Shown here: in pieces, positions 26,801 to 36,914 of the stretch
Position numbering within the stretch: the first letter of the stretch is position 1
Layout of the letters: each line of letters starts with the position of its first letter
Source of the DNA: Tubiluchus corallicola
Taxonomy: Eukaryota; Animalia; Priapulida
Assembly: GCA_030141605.1 (NCBI GenBank)
Contig: JAQGDQ010000991.1
Span: 8,366 to 72,365 of the forward strand
Reading direction: 5' to 3'
Length of the DNA stretch: 64,000 nt
Made by a program: the position numbers and the translations under genes
Notes under the pieces: model-generated
What the model saw: the letters and a program-made list of their open reading frames with translations, nothing else
The model's database searches: none
What the model was told of the DNA's origin: nothing

Positions 26801-29800
26801 GGAAGTACTTGCTGGTTAGAATTAGGATAAATTAGAATAGGAAGTACTTGCTGGTTAGAATAAGGATAAATTAGAAGAAGAAGAACTCGGCTGGTTAGAA
26901 TAATCATAAATTAGAATAGGAAGTACTTGCTGGTTATAATAAGGATAAATTAGAAGAAGAACTCGGCTGGTTAGAATGAGGATAAATTAGAATAGGAAGT
27001 ACTTGCTGGTTAGAATAAGGATAAATTAGAAGAAGAAGAACTCGGCTGGTTAGAATAAGGATAAATTAGAATAGGAAGTACTTGCTGGTTAGAATAAGGA
27101 TAAATTAGAAGAAGAACTCGGCTGGTTAGAATAAGGATAAATTAGAATAGAAAGTACTTGCTGGTTAGAATAAGGATAAATTAGAATAGGAAGTACTTGC
27201 TGGTTAGAATAAGGTTAAATTAGAAGAAGAACTCGGCTGGTTAGAATAAGGATAAATTAGAATAGGAAGTACTTGCTGGTTAGTTAGAATAAGGATAAAT
27301 TAGAATAGGAAGTACTTGCTGGTTAGAATAAGGATAAATTAGAAGAAGAACTCGGCTGGTTAGAATAAGGATAAATTAGAATAGGAAGTACTTGCTGGTT
27401 AGAATAAGGATAAATTAGAATAGGATGTACTTGCTAGCAGCAGAATTTGGTTTGTTGGTAGAAACTGTTTATTCTATTAGTTTGTTACTCGTGTCTTTTA
27501 CAGTTTCTAAGAAAGGATCTCAAAATTGCTGCTATTTGTTGACAATATTTTTTACATTGAATCATGACAGTAAAGATATAAAGTCCATTAGTGCACTTTT
27601 TAAGGACTTTGAGTAGCTATTCTATTGTTGTTTATTTTTCATGAATGTTTGGGTATCTATTCTATTGTTGTTTATTTTTCATGAATGTTTGGGTATCTAT
27701 TCTATTGTTGTTTATTTTTCATGAATGTTTGGGTATCTATTTTATTGTTATTTATTTTTCATGAATGTTTGGGTATCTATTCTATGGTTGTTTATTTTTC
27801 ATGAATGTTTGGGTATCTATTCTATTGTTGTTTATTTTTCATGAATGTTTGGGTATCTATTCTATGGTTGTTTATTTTTCATGAATGTTTGGGTATCTAT
27901 TCTATTGTTGTTTATTTTTCATGAATGTTTGGGTATCTATTCTATTGTTGTTTATTTTTCATGAATGTTTGGGTATCTATTCTATGGTTGTTTATTTTTC
28001 ATGAATGTTTGGGTATCTATTCTATGGTTGTTTATTTTGCATGAATGTTTAGGTATCTATTCTATTGTTGTTTATTTTTCATGAATGTTTGGGTATCTAT
28101 TCTATTGTTGTTTATTTTTCATGAATGTTTGGGTATCTATTCTATTGTTGTTTATTTTTCATGAATGTTTAGGTATCTATTCTATGGTTGTTTATTTTTC
28201 ATGAATGTTTAGGTATCTATTCTATTGTTGTTTATTTTTCATGAATGTTTAGGTATCTATTTTATTGTTGTTTATTTTTCATGAATGTTTGGGTATCTAT
28301 TCTATTGTTGTTTATTTTTCATGAATGTTTAGGTATCTATTCTATTGTTGTTTATTTTTCATGAATGTTTAGGTATCTATTCTATTGTTGTTTATTTTTC
28401 ATGAATGTTTGGGTATCTATTCTATTGTTGTTTATTTTTCATGAATGTTTGGGTATCTATTTTATTGTTATTTTTTTTTTCATGAATGTTTGGGTATCTA
28501 TTCTATTGTTGTTTATTTTTCATGAATGTTTGGGTATCTATTCTATTGTTGTTTATTTTTCATGAATGTTTAGGAATCTATTCTATTGTTGTTTATTTTT
28601 CATGAATGTTTAATGTGCATAAACAAATTGTACAGGTGAGTCAACTGTAATAATGAATTTTGTATCCAGATGTGGTGTGGAAAAATCAGAGAGGAATTCA
28701 TGGTGCAGCTGATAACATCTGAATATCATCCACAATTACATCACAGGTATTAATGTTTTACACGAATTCACCAGCAGACTGAATTAACGGAAATTAATGG
28801 CAGCCTTAAGCAAAAGCAAGCTAAACTTCTGTTATATTGCCATACATGTCGGTGGTGGGTGGGGGGGGTGTAGTTAGGCAATCATATGCAAATAATAATC
28901 ATAGAATGTTTTTGTGCTTCTGTAACAATCCACCTCTCTCCATTAGCAGCTTGATTATCAAATGCCGCTTGACGTTTAGACATTTCATGCCTTTGTGAAC
29001 AGGCAAATTCTTCTACGACATTCGCACTGTGTGGTAACATTATAAGGTGTTAGATTTTCGGGACAATAGCCTATAAACAAATTCAACCTTTGGTGAAATA
29101 GGCAAGGTGTATATTCAGTATAGCATATGTTGTTCAAGCAGCTTAAAGTATCTAACTGTATGAAGGTGTGCATAAAAGAAAAGCTGTCCTCTCAGCCGCA
29201 GAAAATTACTTCCGAATGCAGTGGAATTACAGAGTCCCATTTATATTATTCTTTTAATTTTTTTAGCATGCTACTAAGCCTGTTCTTATTACAGTCGAAT
29301 CCTGGTAATACGATTTTCATGGGACCCAGATGTTTTTTCGTATTAAGCGTGTTTCGTACTATCCATTACGCACATTGTTTTTAACTTGTAATAATTTCTG
29401 TCATTTCTAATGTAAAATAGGAATTAACTGACACCTGTAGTCTCTACGTTGGTTATCTTTTAATCAGTAAATATAATTTAGGCTTATTTAACACCCGTTT
29501 GCAGAATATCGTCCATCCCTAACATTTTTACCCAATTTGTCAAGCATTGATTTATAAAGCCATATTGCTGCTAACACAATATTGGATAATTACGTTATTT
29601 CACAGTTATAAACCAATGTGCTCTGTTACTCTTTTGCTAAAGTGAAGTGTTTTTCTTTGGTTTAATGGGGCAGTCTTACCCGGAATGTTTTATAAGTAGA
29701 GCCCAGAGCCGCGCCGTCTCAGCTGAACTCCAGCCGGTTTATTTCTACAGTCGACGTAGCTGATAAGAAACCCAACTTTAGTCCCGCCAGCTACTCAGTG

Positions 29801-31351
29801 ATGGGAGTCAAGCTAGCTGACGTTGTTGTCAGCTATGAAGTTTTTCACTCTTGCGATAATCATGTGACACTGTAGATCACTGGTTGAAATATGGCAAACA
29901 CATTGCGGATTTGCAGTCACATTGCGCGTGTGCTGGCAGAGATACTAAATTTTAAAAATTTGTGAATGAGAAAGCAGTCAATTCAAAATTAAATACACAA
30001 AGAGGCAGCGTTAGTCACACGTACAGGTTCGTTTTGGTGTTTTGATATTGATTTGTTTGTAATCAAGACAAGCCTCTCCAAGAGTTGGATTTAAATTATA
30101 TTTGCAATAATAATGATTTTGCTTTTTTATAATAGTAAAAAATTGATCTCTAATGCATTATTTGAATTTGTACGTCAGTTTTCTTCTGTGTGTAAGCAAC
30201 ACGAATTATTTAAAAAAATTGTCTCCGCAATTAACAATTGACTACAAAAATTAGTGGCTTTAGCTGATTTATTCTTTAAGCAAACTTAGCTGAAAAGCCT
30301 CTCAACTTCAGTCAAGCTAGCTGATTTACTGTGTGACTCATCTGATGTAGTAGCAACTGACTCAACTTCAGTCAAGCTAGCTGATTTACTGTGTGACTCA
30401 GCTGATGTAGTAGCAACTGACTCAACTTCAGTCAAGCTAGCTGATTTACTGTGTGACTCAGCTGATGTAGTAGCAACTGACTCAACTTCAGTCAAGCTAG
30501 TTGATTTACTGTGTGAGTCAGTTGATGTAGTAGCAACTTACTCAACTTCAGTCAAGCTAGCCGATTTACTGTGTGAGTCAGCTGATATAGTAGCAACTGA
30601 CTCAACTTCAGTCAAGCTAGCCGATTTACTGTGCGAGTCGGCCGATGTAGTAGCAACTGACTCAACTTCAGTCAAGCTAGGCGATTTACTGTGTGAGTCA
30701 GCCGATGTAGTAGCAGCTGACTCAACTTCAGTCAAGCTAGCTGATTTACTGTGCGAGTCGGCCGATGTAGTAGCAACTGACTCAACTTCAGTCAAGCTAG
30801 CTGATTTACTGTATGAGTCAGCTGATGTAGTAGCAACGTACTCAACTTCGGCGTCTATTTATAAGCGCTAAACAGCACAGCAAGATTTCATACACCTACA
30901 TGTATTGATTTATTTTCCAAGTGCTTTGCTTGCTCAACTGGTAATTTCTAATAAACTTATAAACTGGTAAACTTGCTCTTAACTCACATAACCTCAAACA
31001 GCTTTGCATTACAGGTAACAAAAGTAAATGCTTTTCTAGATCCATTGTACTAATTTTTCTTTTCATTCTTGAAACTTTTTTAAAAAAGTAACCGCACCTA
31101 TTTCATTTTGAGTTCTGATAATATTAAATTTGCATTTTGTCATTTTATGCAATTAATGTGCTTGACAGGTTTATTGGGATTTATCTTGCTGACGGTGCAT
31201 TTACGATTAGTAAGATAACCGACCTTTTCAACTTGCATTTTAATTATTTAGGGTACGAGGCGAGTTTTCCAACAGCCCAGATTTTGCCAATGTTTTTAAC
31301 TGTCCAACTGGGAGTCGGATGAATCCAGCTAAGAAGTGTGCAATTTGGTGA
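6339..31351 (+). CDS. M13 family (neprilysin/endothelin-converting-enzyme-like) type II membrane zinc metallopeptidase, 20 traced exons (~746 aa; ATG exon not located)
   Basis: Phase-consistent GT-AG chain: 6339-6378, 6507-6619, 8165-8215, 9794-9955, 10538-10618, 12363-12577, 13956-14150, 14870-14956, 16801-16937, 17292-17514, 17685-17783, 18944-19021, 20260-20360, 21375-21433, 22028-22147, 23645-23781, 25439-25504, 26394-26492, 28670-28746, 31252-31351. Motifs: signal anchor, [28 protein letters not shown], terminal CAIW*. Confidence 0.93.
6507..6619 (+). CDS. M13 peptidase exon, transmembrane signal anchor
   Basis: GSKWSSSHKSLLAVCIILFLIAAGLAVALGVMVTRMQ; ttttag/gtagaa. Confidence 0.85.
8005..8072 (+). 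mobile_element. tRNA-derived SINE head / tRNA pseudogene
   Basis: A box TGGTGTAGTGG, B box GTTCGAGTC; no intact cloverleaf seen. Confidence 0.45.
8165..8215 (+). CDS. M13 peptidase exon
   Basis: LKQHERICNEPVCVKA (CxxxxC stalk motif), phase 1/1. Confidence 0.85.
8320..9004. mobile_element. piggyBac-type MITE
   Basis: TTAA|CTCCTTCAGGACCAT ... ATGGTCCTGAAAGAG|TTAA. Confidence 0.75.
9794..9955 (+). CDS. M13 peptidase exon
   Basis: [34 protein letters not shown]... Confidence 0.95.
10538..10618 (+). CDS. M13 peptidase exon
   Basis: LLSKKYEGPSKAVEKVIQHYKLCLDE. Confidence 0.9.
10662..11130. repeat. 30-bp minisatellite
   Basis: TGCTGATTGTTGTGTGGCAGTTACTGTATG. Confidence 0.92.
11560..12220 (+). 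mobile_element. Degraded non-LTR retrotransposon (L2/CR1-like) 3' end
   Basis: ...FAAPNLWNKVSIYVTTRRTLYGFKKYMKSLLL* resembles a LINE ORF2 C-terminus; AATAAA plus short repeat tail near 12200. Confidence 0.5.
12363..12577 (+). CDS. M13 peptidase exon
   Basis: TINNKTYEPL...KGWPLL...DTKNSTKNVLY. Confidence 0.9.
13956..14150 (+). CDS. M13 peptidase exon
   Basis: LDQASLGLGYESREYYL...LLEFETDIAR. Confidence 0.93.
14870..14956 (+). CDS. M13 peptidase exon
   Basis: ATVHGNLRRNVTNHYNPRTLLNITQTYTQ. Confidence 0.9.
16130..16540. repeat. 25-bp minisatellite
   Basis: TGTATGTTGGCTTACAGTTGTGTGC. Confidence 0.9.
16801..16937 (+). CDS. M13 peptidase exon
   Basis: VDWKRYVF...ETIILYQPEYFNDM... Confidence 0.9.
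17292..17514 (+). CDS. M13 peptidase exon
   Basis: TVVNYILWR...PRWRDC...ALGYLYV. Confidence 0.93.
17685..17783 (+). CDS. M13 peptidase exon
   Basis: ANELIASTKLVFKDRVRNSKWMSAKTKQKAIEK. Confidence 0.93.
18356..18835. repeat. 51-bp minisatellite
   Basis: CAAGAATCGGGGCACTGGTACTCTGAAACATTTTTGTTACAGTAAACACCC. Confidence 0.9.
18944..19021 (+). CDS. M13 peptidase exon
   Basis: VDTIYDMVGYPDYYENVTILDEKHKN. Confidence 0.93.
19080..19765. repeat. ~44-48-bp minisatellite
   Basis: AGTTATACTGGTCAGGCAGATTAGATGTGGTCAG... Confidence 0.9.
20260..20360 (+). CDS. M13 peptidase exon
   Basis: FTSTGSYFSDIVEMRRLKVNESFAELRKPVNKT. Confidence 0.9.
20821..20892. repeat. (CA)n microsatellite
   Basis: Direct reading. 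Confidence 0.95.
21375..21433 (+). CDS. M13 peptidase exon (NAFY substrate-binding motif)
   Basis: WFITPAIFNAFYRGSNNAI. Confidence 0.93.
22028..22147 (+). CDS. M13 peptidase exon (HExxH zinc motif)
   Basis: FPAGILRSPFF...VVAHEVTHGFDDR. Confidence 0.96.
22760..23350 (+). mobile_element. Dispersed interspersed repeat (other copies ~10140-10300, ~24390-24980 inverted, ~49560-50230, ~55305-55520)
   Basis: Shared blocks GTAAGTCGGCATAGTTAAAACT...GCTTCAAAG, and in the long copies CAGCCTGCACCTCA...TTATCTCAGCTTAGAAATAAC...GATGAACTTGGTATCAAAAT. Confidence 0.7.
23645..23781 (+). CDS. M13 peptidase exon
   Basis: GRQFDKDGNHVDWWT...KCFISQFNNY. Confidence 0.95.
24390..24980 (-). mobile_element. Inverted copy of the same interspersed repeat family
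   Basis: ATTTTGATACCAAGTTCATC...TTCTAAGCTGAGATAATC...GAGGTGCAGGCT. Confidence 0.7.
25439..25504 (+). CDS. M13 peptidase exon (third Zn ligand, ExxxD)
   Basis: LNGTLLQGETIADSGGVLQAYE. Confidence 0.93.
25665..26340. repeat. 45-bp minisatellite (~15 copies)
   Basis: CTGTTGTTGCATCTTGTGTAGTATTTGTATGTGGTTTGTCTGTTG. Confidence 0.93.
26394..26492 (+). CDS. M13 peptidase exon
   Basis: VYRRWLK...QRLPGINLDNKKVYFVNQAQ. Confidence 0.93.
26510..27435. repeat. ~39-bp minisatellite
   Basis: TTGCTGGTTAGAATAAGGATAAATTAGAATAGGAAGTAC. Confidence 0.93.
27617..28612. repeat. 40-bp minisatellite (~25 copies)
   Basis: CTATTCTATTGTTGTTTATTTTTCATGAATGTTTGGGTAT. Confidence 0.93.
28670..28746 (+). CDS. M13 peptidase exon
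   Basis: MWCGKIREEFMVQLITSEYHPQLHH(R). Confidence 0.9.
30301..30850. repeat. 60-bp minisatellite (~9 copies)
   Basis: CTCAACTTCAGTCAAGCTAGCTGATTTACTGTGTGACTCAGCTGATGTAGTAGCAACTGA. Confidence 0.93.
31252..31351 (+). CDS. M13 peptidase terminal exon
   Basis: VRGEFSNSPDFANVFNCPTGSRMNPAKKCAIW, followed by TGA TGA TGA. Confidence 0.95.
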
Positions 31352-31522
31352 TGATGAGAGAAGTAAAGAGTTAAACTAGGAGGAAGTTTAAAAACTAGAC
31401 ATGTATGATGTCACTCTATGTTATTGTATTTATTTACTTCAATCGATAGGTTGTTTTGTTTTGTTCAAACACCATCTTACAGTTCAAAAAGTGTTTTCTT
31501 TTGCCTGACAACCAACATAAAG

Positions 31523-33227
31523 CAGGGCACGGATACAGGATTTAGAAAGAAGGTGAGCTTAACGAAAAAGCAGCTAGGGGGTCTGGGGGAGCGCTGTAAG
31601 CTCCAGTAGCAGGGTCCGGGATGGAGCCCCGACTGCCGGTGCATTTTACTGTATTTTAGACCATTTTTCTTGCTGTTTCCTCAAGCATATTCAATAGTTT
31701 AAAACTCACTATGTCACCTCAAACTTAGTGTATAAGTGCATATGATGAACAGTCTAGCCTCGTTATCTCGCCCCTCGTTATACCGCCAAACTCGTCTCTC
31801 GCCATAGAAAGTACCAGGATGGATTTCCTGCTTTGATATTTACCTCTTTAAGTCGCCACCCTCGCTTCTCGCCACGTCATGCTAGGATGAGTGCTTATGT
31901 AAACTATATTCGTTATGTCGCCAAACAGACAAACTCAGAGGTGAATCGATCAATACATATACCGCGTGTCGATCAATATAACCGCGGTATGTAGATAATG
32001 CTGGTGTACTCGATAGACAGACATAATTAATCTAGTGTGTGTCTCACCAGGACTAGATTATGAGTGCTGTGGTTGGTTAATGCACAGAGAAACTAAAGCG
32101 TCACCGATATCCTTACTCTATAACACCAAAGCGTTTAAGTTTGAGTTTCCACAAAGTGTGAGCAACTTTACATGATGTCTCTGAAGCGAAAACTGTTTTG
32201 TCTTAATCTTGAACAAAAAAAGGAAATTTGTATTTATCATACGAATAATTCTTCAAAGACACAACAGGAGATTGCTACTGTATTTAGTGCGAAATTTGGT
32301 GACACTGTTAGCCGGAGAAGTGTCTCATGGCGCATCTCATGTATAGAATGACCAGGCAGCTGCAGCTGTCGACACACTGATGCGATACTTTGAACAGTCT
32401 GACAGAGTCACAAGCAACGATATTCAAGGATTGTGTTTGATTAAACGTCGTGTTGACTGCTTGCATGTATCATCAATGAAACAGTCGTCTCTTCTGAATT
32501 ATTTCAGTCGTCAGTAACTCATTTGTGAACATTTCTAAATCTTTTGCTAAGTTTATTGCATTTAAGTGTATACTCAAAAAAGGTTTTTTTAAATAAAAAA
32601 GTAATATTCTAAGATTATTTTTATGACATTTTTTTCATTTCTGATTTAATGTTGCTTGGTATCATAATACGAAATATATTTTATATTTACATAGAGGAAC
32701 ACTATGTTAATCAACTATTATGTATATACATATAGACTAACTTCCTTATATTCCCGTTATCTCGCCATACTCGCCTCTCGCCAAAAATTTGCCCTAGACG
32801 GACAGTGGCGAGATAACGAGGCTAGACTGCACATAACTTTCACGTATTTTGAAAAGTAGAACCCTTGTGCTATGTGATTTTTGCAGATATTAAATTTTAT
32901 TAAAGGCACTGCTAGAATTTATTCTAGTGCTGCTAAAATCTATGAGTGTGGGAATTATGTAAATAATTAAGTATATGAGTTGATTAGGCAGATCTGTGAA
33001 AATAGGATAAAAAAATTAGCACAATGCTAAAAATAGATAGGAGAATTTTTTGTGAACTCATATACAAATAAGTAATGCAGAACTTTTTACTCGATATAAG
33101 TCATTAAAAGCCACCACTGAACATTCTAAAGCTTATAATCCAGAGAAAATATTTACTTGGTGTGCTGTAACTGCAACTATGAAAGGGGGGCCAGGCCCCT
33201 TGAGCTCACGCCCTAAATCCGCCACTG
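31523..33227. mobile_element. hAT-like non-autonomous element, interrupted by a pogo-type element
   Basis: Ends CAGGGCACGGATACAGG / CCCTAAATCCGCCACTG; 5-bp flanks TAAAG on both sides; GC-rich subterminal GGGGTCTGGGG motif. Confidence 0.6.
31750..32829 (+). mobile_element. pogo/Tigger-like internal-deletion derivative
   Basis: Perfect 23-bp TIR CAGTCTAGCCTCGTTATCTCGCC; remnants MMSLKRKLFCLNLEQKKEIC...TQQEIA (CENP-B-type HTH) and C-terminal KQSSLLNYF (PIP-box-like). Confidence 0.85.
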
Positions 33228-34278
33228 TAAAGTTTGACTAGTGATAACTTATTGTTGTGTTTATTGATAACAAGAACTACAACCATGTGCCACCAAATTA
33301 CAACTCGAGTTGTTGTTAATCTGTGTTTTTAAAGCTTTGAATGTTGTCAATAATATTCTGCTAACAAACATTCATTATTTTAATAAGAGCAGAGCATTTA
33401 AAATTTAAATTATGAAGTGCTTGTTCCAGTATGTATGCTTCATCAGTTATAATCAGCTTAGCAATTAATTTTTCTATGAATCTCTGTATCGTAATTGTTT
33501 TACTGTGTAATTTTTAATATTACATTGCAAAAACTTATTCGCAAGTTTTAGTTGTTAGAAACCTCACATTTCTGATCACCAGGTGTAATTAGCCTAGCAA
33601 TTATTTTTTTGCGAATCCCCCATTTTATAATTTTTTATTATTGCTTTGCAAAAATTTATTCGTAAGTTATAATTCGGAAACGGCTTGCTTTTCGAAGTTT
33701 TAGCAACCTGTCTCAGTTTTCCTAAATGTATATCATGACTGCTATTGTTAGACTGCAAGACTGAATAAGTATAGTTTTGTACTTCTATTTTTACACTAGT
33801 ATAGCTGTTACAATGTCATTCCATGTTGCAATGAATTTTCATTTTTTTATATCTGTTGTAAATGACTAATTTCACTTGCACTGTAACTGCACTAGTATTA
33901 TAGTTAGTGTTTTAAAATGTTGACAACTATTTTTGTACGTAGAAATTTATTCAACTAAATGCTTTTCACAACTTTTCCTGTGTTCTTTGTTAAATCTTAA
34001 CATCGGCAAGAATTACTAGTGCTTACTACAGTGTCTTCAGCAATCTTTAGATTATTGAAGTTTTGCTGCTATTGGTGGCACCACTCGTGTTAGATAAAAT
34101 ATTAATGAAACAATGCCAAAGATTCGTTATAAAAAGTAAATTTCTGTACAAAATTAACAGTGCGTATAGGTATTTGCAACAGTATAATAATTTATTTAAC
34201 ACATTCGACAACAAAATTTCCTAAAATACAACAATTACTACTAAATAAGCACCTTGTTGAGTAAAGCCACTTCTACCG

Positions 34279-34672
34279 TTCTACACAGTGATTAGGACTG
34301 TGAGCACAAAGTGGTACCATTCTACACAGTGATTAGGACTGTGAGCACTAAATGGTACCATTCTACACAGTGATTAGGACTGTGAGCACTAAATGGTACC
34401 ATTCTACACAGTGATTAGGACTGTGAGCACTAAATGGTACCATTCTACACAGTGATTAGGACTGTGAGCACTAAATGGTACCATTCTACACAGTGATTAG
34501 GACTGTGAGCACTAAATGGTACCATTCTACACAGTGATTAGGACTGTGGGCACTAAATGGTACCATTCTACACAGTGATTAGGACTGTGAGCACTAAATG
34601 GTACCATTCTACACTGTGATTAGGACTGTGAGCACTAAATGGTACCATTCTACACAGTGATTAGGACTGTGA
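34279..34672. repeat. 41-bp minisatellite (~9.5 copies)
   Basis: TTCTACACAGTGATTAGGACTGTGAGCACTAAATGGTACCA. Confidence 0.93.
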
Positions 34673-34935
34673 GAAAGTTAGTTGTAAGCTAAACAATGTC
34701 AGACTGCCTGCGATAATAATTACATGCTCTTCCTTCTAGGAAAAAATGTGTAATTCCACAGCAAAATGATTAACTTCGATGCAATTAATGTAATTCACTT
34801 TGGTGCTTCACCAGAAATGTGCATTTCATCAACATCAAACACGTGATGACGTTAAAAGATTTCCTAATTTCATAAGATTTCTAATTACCTATATTTCTAG
34901 CATATCACAGTATGAAAAATTTAAAATACTTAACA

Positions 34936-35649
34936 TCAAGGATACAACCTCATATAAACCCATCCATCTCGGCCCACTTTCATCATTTCTGGATCAAACT
35001 TTGCGAGGGAAGAGGCTTTCTTAAAGATAATCCGATCGCTGATCCCGTTAGGTTGAGCATGCCAGAATTCGAAGTAATTTGGAATGACTCGTATGCCTCC
35101 CCAATAACTAGGAAGTGGAACTGTCGTCCCAACTGGATACTTCTCCTGAAGCTTCCGGAAGCTGTCCCGTAGGACCTGAAAGCCACTAACGGGTTGACTT
35201 TGCTCACTACAACAAGCTGCCACTTGACTGGCATGGGGTCGACTGTGGAAGTACTCCTCCGATTCTTTGCGAGAAATTTTTTCTACGCTGCCCTCCACAC
35301 GGATCGACAAGCGCATGGCTTCCCAGTAAAACGTCAGAGCACAGTGTGGATTTTCTTCCAGGTCCCGTCCCTTCTTGCTCAAGTAATTTGTAAACAGTAT
35401 GAAGCCATTCTTGCTATATCCCTTCAACAACATGGGTCGAACAGATGGCCTGCAGCTTTTTGTTGCCGTTGCCAACATGACGGCATTCGATTCACCAACC
35501 TTTCCAGATTTTCTCGCAAAGCGAAAACAAAGATCAAATTGTTCAAAAGGATCAGTGTTAGCCAAGTCCTCATCACTGTTTGGAATCATTTCATTTTCAC
35601 AGCAAATCTCCGCATCATCATCCCTTTTGTTTTCCTGTTTGCTACCCAT
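34936..35649 (-). CDS. PNPO: Pyridoxine/pyridoxamine 5'-phosphate oxidase family flavoprotein (intronless CDS, 237 aa, divergent signature)
   Basis: DPFEQF, LATAT..RPSVRPMLLKG, FTNYLSKKG, FYW..IRVEG, YFHSRP..SQ, YWGG, EFW...DR, W..RLYP; first ATG at 35649 (track start 35655 is a TTG). Confidence 0.9.
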   Translation of the reverse strand: MGSKQENKRDDDAEICCENEMIPNSDEDLANTDPFEQFDLCFRFARKSGKVGESNAVMLATATKSCRPSVRPMLLKGYSKNGFILFTNYLSKKGRDLEENPHCALTFYWEAMRLSIRVEGSVEKISRKESEEYFHSRPHASQVAACCSEQSQPVSGFQVLRDSFRKLQEKYPVGTTVPLPSYWGGIRVIPNYFEFWHAQPNGISDRIIFKKASSLAKFDPEMMKVGRDGWVYMRLYP

Positions 35650-36331
35650 TATCAAACTAAATCATCTGCTTCGGTTTCACTGTATGTATCCGTTATCAAA
35701 GACCGGGTAGTAAGACTGTAATAAAATATAATTGCTTATTATATTATGCAAAAAATATGCACTTCCTCAAAGTTATATGGAACTGGTTATCTGTGGAAAT
35801 TGTAACGTGTGTTGCAATTTGCTAGCAATGCTGCTGAGAACACTGTGAAAATTATCTTATTCTCCAGCGGCAATTTGAACTTTGCGTGTTCAACCTTTAG
35901 TGCAGTTGTTTCTTAAGGAAAACTATAATCAAACCTCTTTATAAAACCCACTTTGGGATTCGAGCAAAAGTTGGCATTACGTGAGTTTGGCATTATAACG
36001 AGTTACATTAATGCATACATGTCTGTGTAAATATAGATATTTTGATTTGTCAAAAATATGGGCATGAAGCGAGGTTGATATTATCTGATTTGGGGGTCTG
36101 CTATCCCAAGTCTTTTATAAAACTATTGGTTTTTCCCAGGCATTTATAATATAATGTTAAAAATTCTTATTATCAGCTTCTGTTTCTGACGACATCTAAT
36201 TGAAATTTTTCCCACATAAATTAGTTTGCAATTTAATTAATTAGATATCACCAGTAAAATACGTCTTTCCACCTGCCACTTTGTTTGATGAGACGCAAAC
36301 CAAAAATGAACTTTTTTCATCACAGGCACTT

Positions 36332-36598
36332 TAAAACATTTATAGTTAGAACACCACAACTTTATTAAAACTTCCAACTCACATAGTCAAAAATCACGGC
36401 AAACGTTTCGACAGACTGCTGCTGTCATCATCAGTGGTAAATTTTACAAACATACAGCCAGTTTATATAGGCTGAGCCTATAGAACATTATGCAACTGAT
36501 GAAGACAGCAGTGGTCTGTCGAAATGTTTGGTGTGATTTTTGACTATGTGACTTGGAAGTTTTGATAAAGTTGTGTTGTTTTGGCAATAAATATTTTT
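36332..36598. mobile_element. Palindromic Penelope-like pLTR fragment with hammerhead cores on both strands
   Basis: Inverted arms; CTGATGA-n-GACAG..CTGTC-GAAA on - (36400-36438) and + (36493-36532). Confidence 0.65.
36400..36438 (-). ncRNA. Minimal type I hammerhead ribozyme core (PLE-type)
   Basis: Reverse complement: ACCA-CTGATGA-T-GACAG(CAGCAGT)CTGTC-GAAACGTTTG. Confidence 0.6.
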
Positions 36599-36914
36599 CA
36601 TATAATTTGCCATGACAATACTTATATTGTTACTACATCAAAGTTGCTTTACCTGAACTTGGTAAGCTTGGCAAGCACACGGTGAAGTTGCTCGTTGTTC
36701 TGTCTCTCTCAGTTCATCTAACAGGGAACAACTATTCTGAAAAAAATTAAAAAAGGTCAATGATTACTATTGCCTTAATCAATGGAAATGGCTTAAAACT
36801 TGACCTCGGAAACAAGATTTGCATGATGAATGTGGTTAACGGAACTTGAGAAAAGTAAAAAAATCTTTTCAATATTCAACTTCAGTTTCAAACCCCATAC
36901 TATCACATGGATGC

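Noticed and set aside
31349-31357. TGA TGA TGA as selenocysteine/readthrough signal
   Set aside because: M13 proteins end at CxxW, so the first TGA is the normal stop; no SECIS identified
27617-34672. Regular repeat arrays as possible CRISPR
   Set aside because: Head-to-tail units without unique spacers, no cas genes, eukaryotic intron context
35194-35721. + strand ORFs (175 aa, 103 aa) overlapping PNPO
   Set aside because: Antisense shadows of a higher-GC coding region; no recognisable motifs
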